NCBI GenBank assembly: GCA_000934665.2
Contig: KZ538294.1
Location: 1 to 64,000 of the forward strand
Reading direction: 5' to 3'
Source: Catajapyx aquilonaris
Taxonomy: Eukaryota
DNA length: 64,000 nucleotides
How positions within the stretch are numbered: the first letter of the stretch is position 1; each line of letters opens with the position of its first letter. The notes under the pieces were generated by a model. The model had not been told where the DNA came from and ran no database searches. It saw nothing but the letters and a program-made list of their open reading frames with translations. Position numbers and translations under genes: made by a program. Below are positions 26,503-41,439 of the stretch, piece by piece.

Positions 26503-29500
26503 ATGAAAATGGCTGACGACACCAAAACGCGTCAGCTATGTAGCTGCACTTATATCCTTTTAAACTTCTCACAATAGGCCTTTACTGAAAGTTCTTGGGA
26601 ATGTTCTGAATTTTTCAACATCCTTGCCAGTTTACACAAGGAAGTGCTGTGTATGCTCAGAATAATTAGTAAACAAGCAAAAGGCTGTATAATTATTTGA
26701 ACTTGCAGTTTAAGAGTTGACTGAAATAAAATTAGGGCCAATTGAAATTTTACCTCATGTGATTCAGAGTAAATAAACACATCCATAACATATACGGTAG
26801 AATAACGCTATTAAATTTTTTGAACGGTGGTTCAGGCAATAGCGTAACTATAATCTTTCCACCACTTTATTGTGTTATTAATTACAAAATAGGTATAATT
26901 TCTAAAATATCGCAAGTCCAACCTGTATATAAGAAAGCAGCGAAGAAGATGATGCACCCTTGCGCGTCGCAGTTACAATCTTGACAATCAAAATAATTGG
27001 GGTTAAAGTATCTGAAATTAGCAGCAAATCAATACGAAATATATGATTTGACATTGCAGAATCTAATTAACATTACATGATGAATTTGCATTCATCATTT
27101 CATTTATTACGTTCATAATGAAAATATTATTCTTCAAATAACGTTCACACAAAATTGCGGCAACAAGGAACGTTGGGTGCAGCAGCATCTGTTCCTCATC
27201 AGCGCAATATTAATATTAGTGTTTTTTTAAATCAGTATCAGCGGTTAATGATAAATAAAGCGATAGTTGAAATTTTACTAGTGCTTCTTGACCGATCTCT
27301 GTGGCAGACTTGTACAGTATGAAAAAGTTGTGCCTTATCATTGTGCCATATTGCAACTACAGAGAGTCCAACCATGCATGATGATATTGTAGATGAGAGG
27401 AATGTAAGCCCATCAGTGTTACTGTGTGTTACAGTACAATGAGAGGTGCTGAGATTGCTACATTGTTGTGGCCCACTCTCGCTGCTAAGAAAACAGTAAC
27501 ATGACTTGCAGGCCATATTTATATGTTGTAATTAATATGTTTGTGGCTATTACATGTAAATTGCAATGTTCTTGTGCATGTACACAATTTTAATCCCAAT
27601 GATTTAATTACCAAATGACGTCATCAACAACTTGACTATCCACACCCTTTTTTTTTGGGGGGGGGGGGTAGAGTGTATCAGTTCATTGGAACAGCACGCA
27701 GTGAATTATATTTAATCGTATATTATATTCTTCTTAACACAGTAAATAATATGTCGGTTTATACCATATTGCAAATAGTTTTTCCCGCGTTGCCTATACT
27801 TGTAGCAGGTTATTACGTCGTTACACTGCCCACATATCATGCCAGAATTTGAGTTTCAAAAACGAAACAAATTTCTTATGATCAAACCATAAGTTTCTCA
27901 CATTCCAGAAAATTAACGGCCTTTTTTTTGTTGTTTTTACCCCGCAAGCGTGAATTACAAAACAAAGCACTTCCTTTTTTGTACCGTTGGGTGTAGGGTA
28001 AAAAGGTGAGGGTTGGTTCAAAAATACCTCAAAATACGGAATCTTTCAAAAAGAAAAAAAGTTATGGGCGCTAATGTTCGGTGTGTTCCATCCCGGGCTT
28101 TAATTACACATGCAGGGTTTCTTCACCTGTGATGACGATTATCGAATCATTATCAAAATAATAATTATTGGATAATTATGATCTGCCTTGGCCCTCAATC
28201 ACCGAGCTGCCGTCAGCATTTCAGATTCCCCAAAATTGGGTTGATCTGAAACGTGCCGATCAGAGCAGGGGATTATCACGCCAGCCCAAGATAGTAATTA
28301 GGCAGTTGTAAATTGAAGTTGGGGCCAAGAAGCCTGACGTTCCATTGAAGCGAGGCAGCATGGCCACGTCAAGAAAGTTATGAGAGGTGGCAGTTGGGAT
28401 GGGGGTGTATATACTGTAGGTCAGACCTTTTTTTTTTCCTTTTTAGCTTTGGATGTCTTGCAGAGGTTGTTGTTGCATGATGTGGCACGGAACATCATTG
28501 GGTTGGTTCACGACCTGGTACACACTGCCTCAAATTCTGAGTTCAAATGTGTAGGTGAAGTAGGGCCTATAGTTATGATTGTTTTCTCTTAGAAACTATA
28601 TGGTTTAAAAAAGAAGCAATAAGTTTGGTCGTGATTGTTGTTTCTATTAAAGTTGTTGTTGGAATGAGAAATTCAGACCATATCACCTACTCATGTCTAT
28701 ATAAAAATGGGGCTATAGGGCCGAGTGAACAGCAGGGTGTGGCCCGCGATAGTTTGCCAAGTCTGCATAGTCCCATATAAAATCCAAGTGTTATAGCCTA
28801 CTTTATTACTAATTATGCATTACTAGCAGCAGACCCGTTGCCAAATTTTAGCAACACTGCCCCCCCCCNNNNNNNNNNNNNNNNNNNNNNNNNNNNNNNN
28901 NNNNNNNNNNNNNNNNNNNNNNNNNNNNNNNNNNGGGGGGGGGGGCAATGGAGAAAAGGCTTGTCCCCAGCCAGTGACGTCACCCAATGGCTACCATTTC
29001 TTACTCGCACGGCTCGCACTCTATCATTTCGATTTGCATGTCTGCCGCATCGGGAAATGTCGCTAGCAGTATGGCGGAATTAATGATCAGCACTGTACGA
29101 GAATCGATTTTGGACAAAGTTGCTATTTTAGTGATGGATTTTGCTCAAGTTTCGCAAACGTTTCGATTCAGTATCTTCTAACCTATGATAATTATAGCCT
29201 ATCACAAGTGACTCCATATTTTCCAAACACCCTATGCACACGGTGAAATTTTATCAGAAAGATTCCAGAGCTTTGTTGTGGCAGCAATGGGCCGGAAAGT
29301 CTCCGTTTTTTTCTATGGAATAAGATCCCTGATTTTACTGGGAAATATTTCCGTGTCGGCTCAGGAATTTTTCCAGCGAGAAGGCGAATAATATACTGGA
29401 GGAACGTTGCGAAGATTACTGAATACAGTATTATTACTCATTATAATTATAACCTCATTTCACTGAATGTTCAAATCAATTATTGGAAATTCACTGACTC

Positions 29501-30991
29501 GAATTTGTTATTTTTCATTACACTTATGATACACTGCAGAGAAGGCGGACTTGGTGTAAGTCTTAAGTTGTGTATACTGAAGTGGACATGATTTTGTAAA
29601 CCTCAAACACTTAAAAAAACCATTCCTCTCTTAAATATACGTCCCTAAACAACTGCACCTTGCGCTGTTGTGTAGTAAATAGATTTGGATATGCAGCCTG
29701 TGTATAGTTTCTTGTTATTATTTACCAACACTTATATAGATCGTGCACTGATGATCCAGTTTGTCATTAATTGTTTCAGTTTATTGTTTTCAACAATTAA
29801 TAACAAGGAAAATCCTCGGCTGATGGTTTACCTTTAATGATCATTTATCACTTTTGCATGTCCGTATTGCCACCATAAGTCATTGTAGTTAATTGATCCC
29901 AAACAGTTCCATCATGGGAAAATGGCACGCTGAAGTGGCCGTTATATATAGAAGCCTCGATATCTGAGTATGCAAATTGCATGTACAGCCAATATGCCCG
30001 GTGATTTTCTAAGTTACGATCTTTTCAGATTTTTAAATTTACAATGACCCGTTACGCTGCCTGTACGCGAATAAAAAGCATCCTTAAAATAATATTTTTA
30101 CATGGACCACGGCCTTGTTTGATTGGCTTAATTTAATGACGTTCACAAGCAAACCGTGAACAGCAGTCATGTCTGTAAAAGGACAGGGTTTAATGAATTA
30201 ACGACAAGTTCATATATCACGGGAGCATGCTGTATCCAATAGAGCGCTAAACCAATGTTCCTTATTAAGCTAGTTAATATTATTAACTTTCACTCTTATT
30301 ATTATGGTGATATTTACTCACAGCACAGTATATTACAGACATGGCTTGGAGTGCATGTCCAAACATTGTGTAATTATTAAGATGAGATGTTTATTTTTCA
30401 GTAAAGGTGGTCGTGATGGGAACTCCAGCATAACGTTGCATGTTAATTTAATCCCACGTCTTTTTTTTCTAAAAATGTAACGCTACAATCTTACAGATAA
30501 ATAATCTGACGATAATACTGCAGAATGGTCACAGGTTCTTGTGAATATTCGAGTTTATTATCATACGGCACAACATGGTTCTCTCTTGATCAAGATGTTT
30601 AAATAAATCACCATCAGTGTCCTGCATGCATTCAAATCACTAAATTTGTGCATTGTTTTATCCCTTTCAGATCATGCGGCAGTAAACATCGGCGATTGCT
30701 TACATAGGCATATATATTGAAGAACTGCAACCCATATTCGTGGGCTTCATTTTGTGTAGGTATGCAGCATGATTTTGCGGGTCAACACACTGGGATATTC
30801 AGCCATTTCCTATTGGCTTTTTCCTTCAATCGATTGTCATATTTCACCATTGTCGCAAATATATTGGAGCCACAACTGTTTCGATTCATTTGAAAAATCT
30901 GCTGGTGTCTGAGGAGGTATAGGCTACTTGTATATAGCATGAAATATGCAACTCATTGTAAAACTAAGGTAGAATATTGTAGCCATATATA

Positions 30992-31122
30992 CAGGGTGTC
31001 TCAACTTTTTTGTCATATCAGTTATCGGAAAAGCCTATGTATCTTCTAGCTATGTAGCCAGAATATGCCCCAACATTCAGGGCACATCCCTCAACACTGG
31101 ACAAAAAAGTTGAGACACCCTG
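30992..31122. mobile_element. Short mariner-type MITE related to M1
   Basis: TA|CAGGGTGTCTCAACTTTTTTGTC ... GACAAAAAAGTTGAGACACCCTG|TA. Shares CAGTTATCGGAAAA with M1. Confidence 0.88.
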
Positions 31123-34100
31123 TATATTTGGCAGCCTGCTGAAGAAATGTTCTAAATCAACGTGTTTATAATAGGCCTAGTACAGCCTTTATATGCAGGG
31201 CTGGGGAACACTTTGTGCTTTAAAAGTAAGTAGACATATATATTATTGTTAGGCAAACTTAGCAAATGAAATCAAATTGAAAGTGGTGGGTCAAGTGCAG
31301 GACAACTTTCATCAGTTCTTTGCTGTTAAAAGTATAATATTATCTGTTATAGGCCTATTATAGGCCTATATAGGTCTATTATACCGCTTACAACTACCTA
31401 ATAGCTTGTTATAGCGATATACTTTAAGGACAGCTTTAGTTAATCAATTTTATATTTTGCTGACTTATAAGATTTACACAATCAAGACATGAATTCAAGC
31501 ATTCTGACCAGGATTATAATTATACTGTAGGCTACATCGAGAGCAATGTCAGAGTAAAACTAATTAAATATGATGATCTCTGCTATTATTTTTCAAGTGA
31601 AATTTAATTATACCTTATATACTCATTCACTATTGCATAAAAAAACAAGAACCGCTATTAAATATCGTACATCACTTGAGCTGTTTACGTTGCAAAAATT
31701 AATGAAAAACAATTGGCGTTAGATATTTGTGCTGTTACATTATGCTGACTAAACTAAATTTTAAAATAATAAATCAGTTACACTGATATGAAAAGGACAA
31801 TGGTCTCCACATTGACAACTATTGGTGCAGGAAATTCAGGTATATGTAAATAAACCTAGACCAATGTGAATAAAACATTTAGAATGGTAAATACAGCCTG
31901 TAAAATCATTCCCAGCATTGTAAATAATTTTATTCATACTCCACCATAATATTTATTTACCTATCCAAAATTTGTTCACAGAGTTTTAAGTGAATCCAGC
32001 CATCATTATAGTAAGTGTAAGGTCTTTTACCGCAATTGGCATGGAGCATAATAAGCTTATAGTAAGGTTTTCAATAACATAGGTTTACCCCTATATGAAT
32101 TTTTTATTGTCTTGTAAGTGGAGTGTTACAGTCATAAATTAGCAGTTACCGATTTTGTTGTCTTGGTCGTCACCAATATATGCTGTGTTTGTCTTTAAAA
32201 CATGGGGAAATATTATGCGATGCCTTTAGTGTGCTATAGCAGTTGGAAGCAAAAGTAACTACTACATTATATTACAATTATAGTTCATTTTGCAGTTTTG
32301 CTTTCAACCTTCCATTCTTCGTATATATACTTTTCATGCTACTTTCTACTACCACTCCCTTCATCCAGCAGTCGGTCAATAATGTTTCCATGACAACAGT
32401 TGATGCTAAGCCTTTACAGAAAATGCGTTAGAAGGGCTTCATGTTGATAAAAATCAATCATCTTCTTTATTTCCTACTTTATAGGAGTTGATGTATTACA
32501 TGGAGAAAAAAAACCTTACCTGTTGATATATGACGAATGGATTTGTTGATATATCTCTGCATAGATTCAAATGAGTGAAGGAAAAATATATATGAGGGAG
32601 TCTTGGGACGTAATTACAATACGAAAATTCAATCTCTCTGTGATTGTATGTGGGATATGAAGGATATGGGGGCAATCTCAACTGACGGACGTGTCGTTTT
32701 CTCGTCCACCTGATTGAGTGAAGCAAAGGAAACAATGTATCTTGTGCAAGCATTTGCCCATGATTTATTCACACAGAAAAATTGCTACCCATAAACGCAT
32801 TTTTTGGAAAGGCAGAATGTTGTTCTTAGTGCATATCGTCTGATGGAACGCAAATATATTTACTGAACGTTCGAAAAGTGTCAGAACCTGATGGGTTTTT
32901 TTTTCAGTAAACACTTGCACAGTTTGACTTTCATTACCTGCAGTATTAATTACTTTACAGGTTATATTACTCTGTCAATATTGTAACAATATATTTTGGA
33001 AATAAACAATCATCCTGACTTCCATGACCTTCAGATTCTTGGTCCATGTGTTGAAGGAACACGCAAGAGCCGCTAAGATGGCGGCCAGAAGAAGAAGACC
33101 TTGGTAAGCAGATCGGTGGTCAACGGACGGGTCACGTCATCCGCTGTCCTTCGGCACGTCACAAAATACTAGAAGAACAGACTTTCAACCAACTGCCAGC
33201 AATTTCTCCATATTCTTACAGCTCGTTCCTATCTTGCCGACAGCCTGTAGAAGTAATTACGGAGCAGAGCTTTGTCATAAGTCAACCTCACGTCCACACT
33301 GACATAGCACGGAATGACCAACATTGCACTTGCGTAAACACCGAATTACCTGATGTAGCCTCCCAGCAAAGTACACACTTACCAAAAAAAAATTGTTAAG
33401 TTATTGGTGTGTGAGTTGGATTCAGAAATTGGAGTGTTGTCGGGTTCGAGTATATTGTTGGTAGAAAGGAAAAGGCACGCCCTGCACTTTGCCCACATCG
33501 GCTTTTCAATCTCAATTCATCAAGCGGGCCTTTCCTCCTTTCTGACTCTCGAGATGGAAGCGGCCTGCCTCGGCACAGAAACGATCAATTAGACCCTTCC
33601 TAGTTATGCAAATCATGCTTAGAGGGACTAGAATCGAAGCAAGGCTCGTAACTCAAGCGATTAGTTAAGAGTTTTTAAAAAAAACTATCATTCTTCATCG
33701 ATAATAGTCAAAGAGGGGGGGGGGGGGGGGGCNNATTATCGATGATATAGAACGTTGAAAATTGTTGGACATTGCACTGGATAACTTAGACGCCATGTTG
33801 GACAACAGTTGGTATTTTCCTAATGTTTGGAGAGAATTGGGTCAAAATGAAGCCTGAAGCAGCAGATGCCCTGCATGCAATGCACTATTTTTTTTTTTCC
33901 TAAGTCAGTATTGTCTGATCGTGAACTGTGAGCCTAATGACAGTGTGAAGTCTGAACAAATTTTGAGTCGCAATTTTTATTCCAAGTGTGAGCGATTTTT
34001 TTGACTCAGTCCAGTGATTTTTTGGAGGAAAATTAGTAGAAATTACTGCTCACCCACTTGAGTTAATTGGATTCAATCTAGTGAAAATCACACAAAAATG

Positions 34101-34217
34101 CAAATCCGATTTATAGGGAATGATTGCGTGAAAGTGACTCAAATATTGAGCTAAATCCGCCTTATAATGTGTGCCCTAGTATTTTTTATATAACTTACCG
34201 GTATTAATGATATAATT

Positions 34218-34310
34218 TTGATGGTGGTGTACCCCCCCCCCCCAACAGGGCCTATGTAGGCCTATCGGGGTAAAATAAAAAAATTAAATAAATAAAATAA
34301 ATAAATAAAA
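34218..34310 (+). mobile_element. 5'-truncated retroposon tail (family-B-like 3' end)
   Basis: GATGGTGGTGTACCCCCC...GGGGTAAAATAAA plus (TAAA)n tail. 9-bp TSD GATATAATT at 34209-34217 and 34311-34319. Confidence 0.75.
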
Positions 34311-36654
34311 GATATAATTATAACCGTTGTGTTACATACATACCAGGGTATAGTTCTAATTTTAGAGTTTACTATTAATTTATAGGCCTTTCTCGCTGTC
34401 TTTTATTTAAATAGCCCTCAGTGCTGATATAGGGCTGAAATATTTATTCTAACTGATCAATTATTATTAGAGATGCCCATGAAAATGTTTCCTCAAATCG
34501 AAGGAACAATTTGGTCAACTGAGAGGGAATTTCACTCAAAAACACTCAAACTGAGCAGAGGATGGCAAAGTAATTTAAAGCGTGCAAATTAACCTATTAA
34601 AATAGTCCATACCTGCCACACACAAATTACTGGGGGAAAAAAACACATTGCATCACATACGATTGACTATAACCATATAATTTAGATCAGACGACACCGA
34701 TGACCCCCATTTGTACCTGGTGTTTTATAGTCTGATACACCTTTAATTTGACACTGCATTCCAAAGTACATACTGCCTCCATGGAATTCCTGAAGGGGGA
34801 GGTACAAAAAATGCAAAGTAAACCGGACGGATCGGGTTAACTTTCCACCCCCTCAACTCGTACTAAGTCCACCTTCTATAAATCAAGTTGCAGAATCTTG
34901 TACGTATTCTTCCAAGCTAGTCAAGATGGTCGATAAGGGTTTGCCGGCCCCCGAAAATTTACGAGGAGAGACCCCTTGTGACCTCGGCATGGATCCGCTG
35001 ATGCTCGCCATGATGGATTCAATACATCAAACAGGGTTAGAGAGGTACACATAAAAAACTCTTTTTGGAGTACAACATTCTTCATGGTGTCTGCCACATT
35101 ATTTATGATCGGGTGTGTTATTGCATATTTACAACAGATTGCCTCACTTGTTTACAATGGACTGTTTTTTTAATGGCCCTGAAGGGATGGATGCAATCGG
35201 GATCCGTGTAAGAGAGGTAATGGAAATTAAAATGGCGGCTTGGCGTCACTTTGGAATGACACAGCATGACCGTGACGCTCCTGATTTTTATCACTTGCAG
35301 ACTGCAATTTAACAATAAATAGACTGGGCCACTATATATTTTCCCTCATTTAAGGGCGTCGAAGATGTATACTTCCTTCCCGTTAAGTGCGACTGGCCCT
35401 AATGTTTACTTCTTTTTGTGTTCTTGGCACGCCACTGTTGATTACAATGCATCGGGGCTTTTAACTGGCCGTGTAATCGGATGGCGGGTAAAAGGGGACA
35501 TGTGTAGGGACATATGATTGGGCGCAATTAGAATGATTGCGTGTACGAGACGTTTTCTTCAGCCCTTCAGACCCAGTTGTTGTCTTCCTATCTGGTCGAC
35601 AAGCCGTTCTTCTTCAGCTCTCAGCAGGTAAGATTCCCTTTTTAAACTCATACACATACTTTAGTTGAATATTCTGATATTACTGTACATGTACTGAAAA
35701 TCGCATGCACGTCGTGAAATGACGCATATTTTTAAAAAAATTTGTCCGGTGTCACATTGTATTGCATGCTACTAACTCTGGTAGTAAACAAGTAGTTTGC
35801 CCATAAACGTCCAAGAGTTACCTGCGTACAGGAGTGTGACATGCTGTAAAATGAGAAAATGTCACGTATAAAATACAGGTACCGGGGGTCAGCCAATGTA
35901 TATAGGGAAGGTGTCCCCCCTACACCGTGCTGCCTCACCGCGGCAGAATTGAGAATCACATGGCGCCCAGTGGAATAATCATGCCCGTACGCACTATATG
36001 GTACAATGGCTAATTGGATAGTTTAAAAAATAGTGTTTTTTTGTTGCGATGTATACCATCTGTTCAGTGTACAACCAACCTTCCCATAAATTCATTGCGG
36101 AAAAAGCCCAGCAGTTGTGCTTGCATTAACCTACAGGGGCGCCCACTTCGAGGCTAACTAACCACCACAGGGGTCGCTCATTGAGACTTTTCCAGCTGTG
36201 ACCAGAAAGAGCGTCTAAATGCGGAAAAAAATATGTTCTACAAGTACAAAACAGTTTGATTCCGACACTGCTGCCCTCAGTCATAAGAAAGGTCGCATAA
36301 ATCAACAATGATAATTTACGGGTGTGTGTATTGTCGTCAGGTAGGTCGGGTTATTCATTATGTAAGTCCCCATTAGACTGTCCGCCTCTGTGTTATCAAG
36401 GGGCATTCATTTGCCACCCTTATGACCATTCCGGGATAGTTCAGACTTGTGTTTTTCCACAGAAAAAAAAAAATCAGAGTAAAGGGTACAGGGGGGAATG
36501 AGGGGGTGGAGGGGTGGATTCCGGGTGAAAGAGTTTGCGCTTAGATGAGGCCCAAGCACGCATCCCTCAAACCGTATGTTTATTAAATGATAGAACCGAT
36601 GATAATGAAGGTAATGCTTGTAATTGCGGTAACACTCGCCATATAAATGGTAAT

Positions 36655-36686
36655 GAGAGAGAGAGAGAGAGAGAGAAGAGAGAGAA
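36655..36686. repeat. (GA)n microsatellite
   Basis: GA run with one interruption. Confidence 0.9.
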
Positions 36687-37920
36687 AGAAAAAAACAACT
36701 ATAACAGCGCACACAATGTGGCCACTAGGTGGTTAATGGGACGTGGTAATGATAATATGATAATAAGATAATCATTATAATTGCACCGCAGTGACAATAG
36801 AATTTCAAAGGTAATCACGCTAATGGGACGGCTGAAGGGGGTTAGAGGGGATGGTATAAGGACACCTTACTGCCACCACTTTTCTTGTTATGCTATAAGC
36901 TACGTATACCTCCCCACCTTTTTTGTGCTTGTGTCACTTGTTTACCTGAAACACTCGAATGATTAATAGTTGTCGCAGGAATATGATTTATACCGAGGCC
37001 GTTACGCGTAAGTGAGTTACACTTACACGTAACTGAAAGGGTTTGAAGGCACGTCCGTATTTCAATACAGTGTGTCAGTATATCAGTCAATTACTGTAGA
37101 AACCCGCCAAATAACACATTGGTCCTATATGTTGCAAGACAATGCATATTAAGCATTGCATCATGATAAACATACATACGTTCAATTCTGCAAAAGCATC
37201 GTATCGGGGTCGCAGGAAAGTCACACAAGTTGTACACTGTATATAGAATATTATATAGTGCATTGTAAACACATTTTCTCTCTCGAAAATAATGGCATCC
37301 ACATTTCCCTTCTACCGTTAGCGCAAATTGGAGTTACTCATCCTTTACGTAAGTCATAGTCGGTTTATCAAGGGCACCTATTTTTTAAAGTAGTATAGGC
37401 CTACTAGTATAGAGTCTATCCTTATTGATTTGGCTTTGAAATGTGTAGGTAAGCAGCGAAATGTAAGTTACGTGAGAAAGGGATCAAACTGGCTAGCTAT
37501 TACATTGTGTTCCAATTGAAATGACCTTAAGAGCTAGCGAGTTTTTGGCTCATTTTAAGCAGTTACTTTAGTGGTTATTTTATTAGCTGCCAATATTAGG
37601 CCGAATGAATAATTTATCCAAGATGTGAATTGCAACAGTGAGCTTCATATTGGAAATGGTCCAATGGGGGAAAAAAATGTCAATAATATAATCCTTATAA
37701 GTTTACATTATTGCAGGTTTTTAAAAGGATGGGTCCACGTATCCTATAATATTATAGGATAAAATAATTTGATAGCTTAAAAATTAGCAGCTTAGAGCCA
37801 AAATCACTGTGGCCATTTCAATTAGAACACTCATACAATAAAATCTTATTATTTGAGGTTTGTAGTAAAAGCGACAGTTAAATTATCACTGTAACTGGAT
37901 CATTATTATGTCCCACCTTA

Positions 37921-38171
37921 TAACCGAAACAGGTTGGTGTGGTGGTTAAGGAGTCCGACTGCTAATCGGGAGGTCCTGGGTTCGAATCCCGGGGCCGGCG
38001 CCCGGCTGTGGTTTTCCAAAGTCCCTCCAGGACAATTCCGGGATCGTTTCCGTATAATAGGCCACAGCCGCTTCCTTCCTTCCCTATCCTTGGCCTCATC
38101 CAATAGTGGTATTCTACCCCCCCTAATGGAGCGCCGATTCTCCCAATGGGGTAAAATAAATAAAATAAATC
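37921..38171 (+). mobile_element. tRNA-derived SINE (family C)
   Basis: A box TGGTGTGGTGG. Anticodon-like arm CCGACTGCTAATCGG. B box GGGTTCGAATCCC (37978-37990). Core GTGGTTTTCC..CCTCCAGG..TTCCGGGAT..AGGCCACAGCCGCTTCCTTCC. AAAT tail. 13-bp TSD ATGTCCCACCTTA at 37908-37920 and 38172-38184. Confidence 0.92.
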
Positions 38172-41100
38172 ATGTCCCACCTTACATGAGTTCTGCAGAC
38201 ATGTTTTAACACTCACACCTTTTTGCTGAATATAATACACACATTTTGGTTGCTACTGTGAGACAGATATCACAATGTTAAGTACTTGTACAGTGCACCT
38301 GTCGCATGTAAAAAGAAAAGAGGCAACAGCAGGTGAAAAAAAAGTGAAAAAGGAAGGAAGCGGGTCGAAAGAGAGAAAAATGGCCTAGTTGAAGCGTGAA
38401 GCAGTACCTTTGGCGAGTCGGTAGCGTCTTCCAGCTAGGATGCATTTAGGTATTGAGACTCTTATTCCACGCCACATATTCGGTCGGAGCACGACATTCA
38501 TAGTTGGACGGGGAAAACGAAAGAAAAAGCGGCCGTTTATCATTCGGTCTGCCAGCAAGCACAGCATGTAGTTTCCTCTCTTGGCTGCATTCTGCACTCT
38601 TTTTCTGAGCCCCCCTATAATTCAAGATGTTCCTCTTCTTTTGCGTCTTCTCTCGGTTGTCAAACATTTCCACCACGCTTGCCTTCAGCTGTAGGATACG
38701 TACAGTCATGCCCAATCTAGACCGACTTTTTTTTAAAGCTATTGTGATAGCAGTTTTTGACACATCACGTTGTATTGTGTGCAGTTTAAGTTTTTTTTTC
38801 ACACCTGGTGAAATACTGAGTCCTTGTGCAGTACAAATATCACGTAACATTATCACCATTTTTAATTGTCGTGCATGTCTTTGCCATGTATTTAACGTAA
38901 ATTGAAGACCCGCCCATGAGTTTGGCCGTTACACATCGTCAAGTACCACATGCATAGACCACGTCGCTGAACATGGCCTATGTATATATCATCAATGTGA
39001 TATCGCACCATTTATCACGTCATGTATCGTTTCCAGTATCGTATATCGGCCATGAAGTGCATTTGTTTACTATTATTTGCGCTCTGTCTGTGACATAAAA
39101 TAATTAGAAAATTATGCCAGATAAAAAGATTATGGAGTCAGTGTTGCATAAGAAACAACAAGCAATAGACTCAGAGTTAGGAAGGTGAGAGGTCAGATGT
39201 ATAGAAGGTCTTGGTGATACATGCCACGATTAGAAAGCAGGGACTGGGGGAGGGTAGGGGGCAGAGAGAGTCTTTTGGCGGAGTCTTGAGAGGGTGTCAA
39301 GGTACAATGGACGAGACAGGAAACACAAGTCCTGGCCCAGAGTAGTCTTCCCTCGAGTCCGACTTGACCCTACCCTCCCAAATGATAAATTAGTTCCGCA
39401 GTAGCGGCCAGAGTGATTATCGTCCTCAGCCAAGTGTTTCAATGCGCATCGGCTGCTGCAGCGGGAGAAAACTGAACTTGTATGGTACTACGCAGGTAGA
39501 GACCTCGTTTTTTTCCAATGCGGGGGACGAAATGGCGAGACTCCCCAAGATATATGGCCACACCCAAGTCACCAAACCCTGACGTGGAATCACTCTTGTC
39601 AAGCCAGTACTAATTGCATGTACAGGGAGTCAACCCCATGTCTCATACACGACGTATTAAGGCGATGCAATTTGTTAAATGAGACGCTCCTCATATTATG
39701 TAATTGGTGGGTTAACACAGCTTCAGGAGAGACGACATGGGTGCGGGCTGGTGCGGGAATATTCATTTAAGCTGGTCTGACTAAATGATTACAAAGTAAA
39801 TGTGAAGCTGACCTATAAATTAATTATTATTAATAAAATTGTATTCGAGCTGTTAAGTTCTAAGCTATTTTTGCCCCTATTGCGGTTTTTTTTTGTCATT
39901 TTTTGCAGGTGACATAGATGCGACACAACTCAAAATATTAGTAAAAATGATCAAATGTCGGCAACAGAATGCGACTCTGGCAAACAGAATAGCGGCCTGA
40001 TGAATCGATATACAATATCAAGTGACAACCTATGGCCAATTTTTAAAATCAATTAGTTTGAATTTTCCACAAGGCTGGATAAAATGAAAAGATTGTGCGA
40101 TAACCAGCATGTATATTGATAGCAGTTGGCTACATGACTGCCATATATTTATGGCAAATACTAATGTTGACAAAGTCAGCTGTTGTGTAACGTTCAAAAA
40201 AAAAGTACGAGAGCATTTAAGCATGAAATCAAGGGTTTAGGGGGGGGGGGGGGTTGTAAAAATTTAATGCCGGGCGTTTACCCTCGTAGGAAGACGATAG
40301 ATGTGATGAATTTTCGCGAATTCTGCAAAGTGAATGGGCGCATATAAACAAGGTTATAAAAATAGTAATCCTAAAAGTACCACCTGGATGACTATACCTT
40401 TCTGAGCAGGACTGACAGTCATTTACGACAGAAAAATATTTTTGGTGTTGTAAAGACATTTTCTTTATAATATTATTATATAGAACCGAATATGAACGTT
40501 CACGTTTAAAACTTCAGCGTTCTTTCCACTGGAACAGATGGCCTCACGTAACAATTATGTGTTGCCTTTCATTTATGACCGCTCTAAAATGGTCTAGGTT
40601 GCCCATTTTTTACCACACCATCAGCCTTTTTTTTCCTTTATGTGTCAACGTCTATAATTTGAAAGTCTGCAGCAGACACTATTAAGCAAGGCGACTGTTA
40701 AGTTCGTTTCGAGCATTGTTGCCTAGCTATTATTTCCCTGTGGGAATCAGCATGACGAGGCCTACCCGGACTCGTTCATTAACAACAGGCCATCCGAAAA
40801 TTAGTTTGATTTGCAGGAGCAGCATGTCGGCCAACAACCTTCCTGGGAAAAAAAGACGTTATGCAATAGAATGATGCAAAAAAAATTGATTTCTTTACTA
40901 TCCAATTAACTAAAGATCATCAGTGACATAACGTGCCCTTGCTCAAACTCCACCTTGAGAACTGGGTTTGGTACCTTTTTGCTGTCATAATTGAGCGATA
41001 CAGTTGTCTGTACGATTATTGTACTGCTCCCTTGATTTCATGTCTTGCAGATCTAGAAAAAATAATAAGAAGGCAAAAAAAAAAAAGGACCTGAAGGGCT

Positions 41101-41439
41101 GTCGGGTGGTCATGTGAATGGGGCTGTGTTAGTCTGAGGAATGATCCTTGGCCTGTTTCCTCGTCCGTTTTCCATTTCCCCCGCCCTGTCAATCCGTGTG
41201 CGGCCACTCCGCCCATCTTGCGTGTCACATTCTCCTCATGCGCCACTTTCCCCCCCATCACCCTCCTTCCCCCCCATCACCCTCCTTCCCTCTTCCCCTC
41301 TAGCCCTCTTCCATTCCCAACTACACAGCACATGTCAAAAACTTTGCAAGGTTTTTCCTCCAGTCCCTGTAGCCTACCGCCGCCTTGCATCTCTTTATTA
41401 CAGTCTTTTGGTCTGGTTTTCCAGCTGAAAACACCACAA

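Noticed and set aside
30671..30760. AG...GT-bounded candidate exon
   Set aside because: Stop codons in all three frames.
33950..34585. TGACTCA/TGAGTC motif-rich stretch, possibly an old CACTA-like element
   Set aside because: Termini and TSD could not be defined.
37930..37998. tRNA-Ser(GCT)-like sequence; also heads at 43740, 61005, 3715-3783 and 3535-3605
   Set aside because: No proper acceptor stem or long variable arm. Each continues into a SINE body with a tail and TSD.
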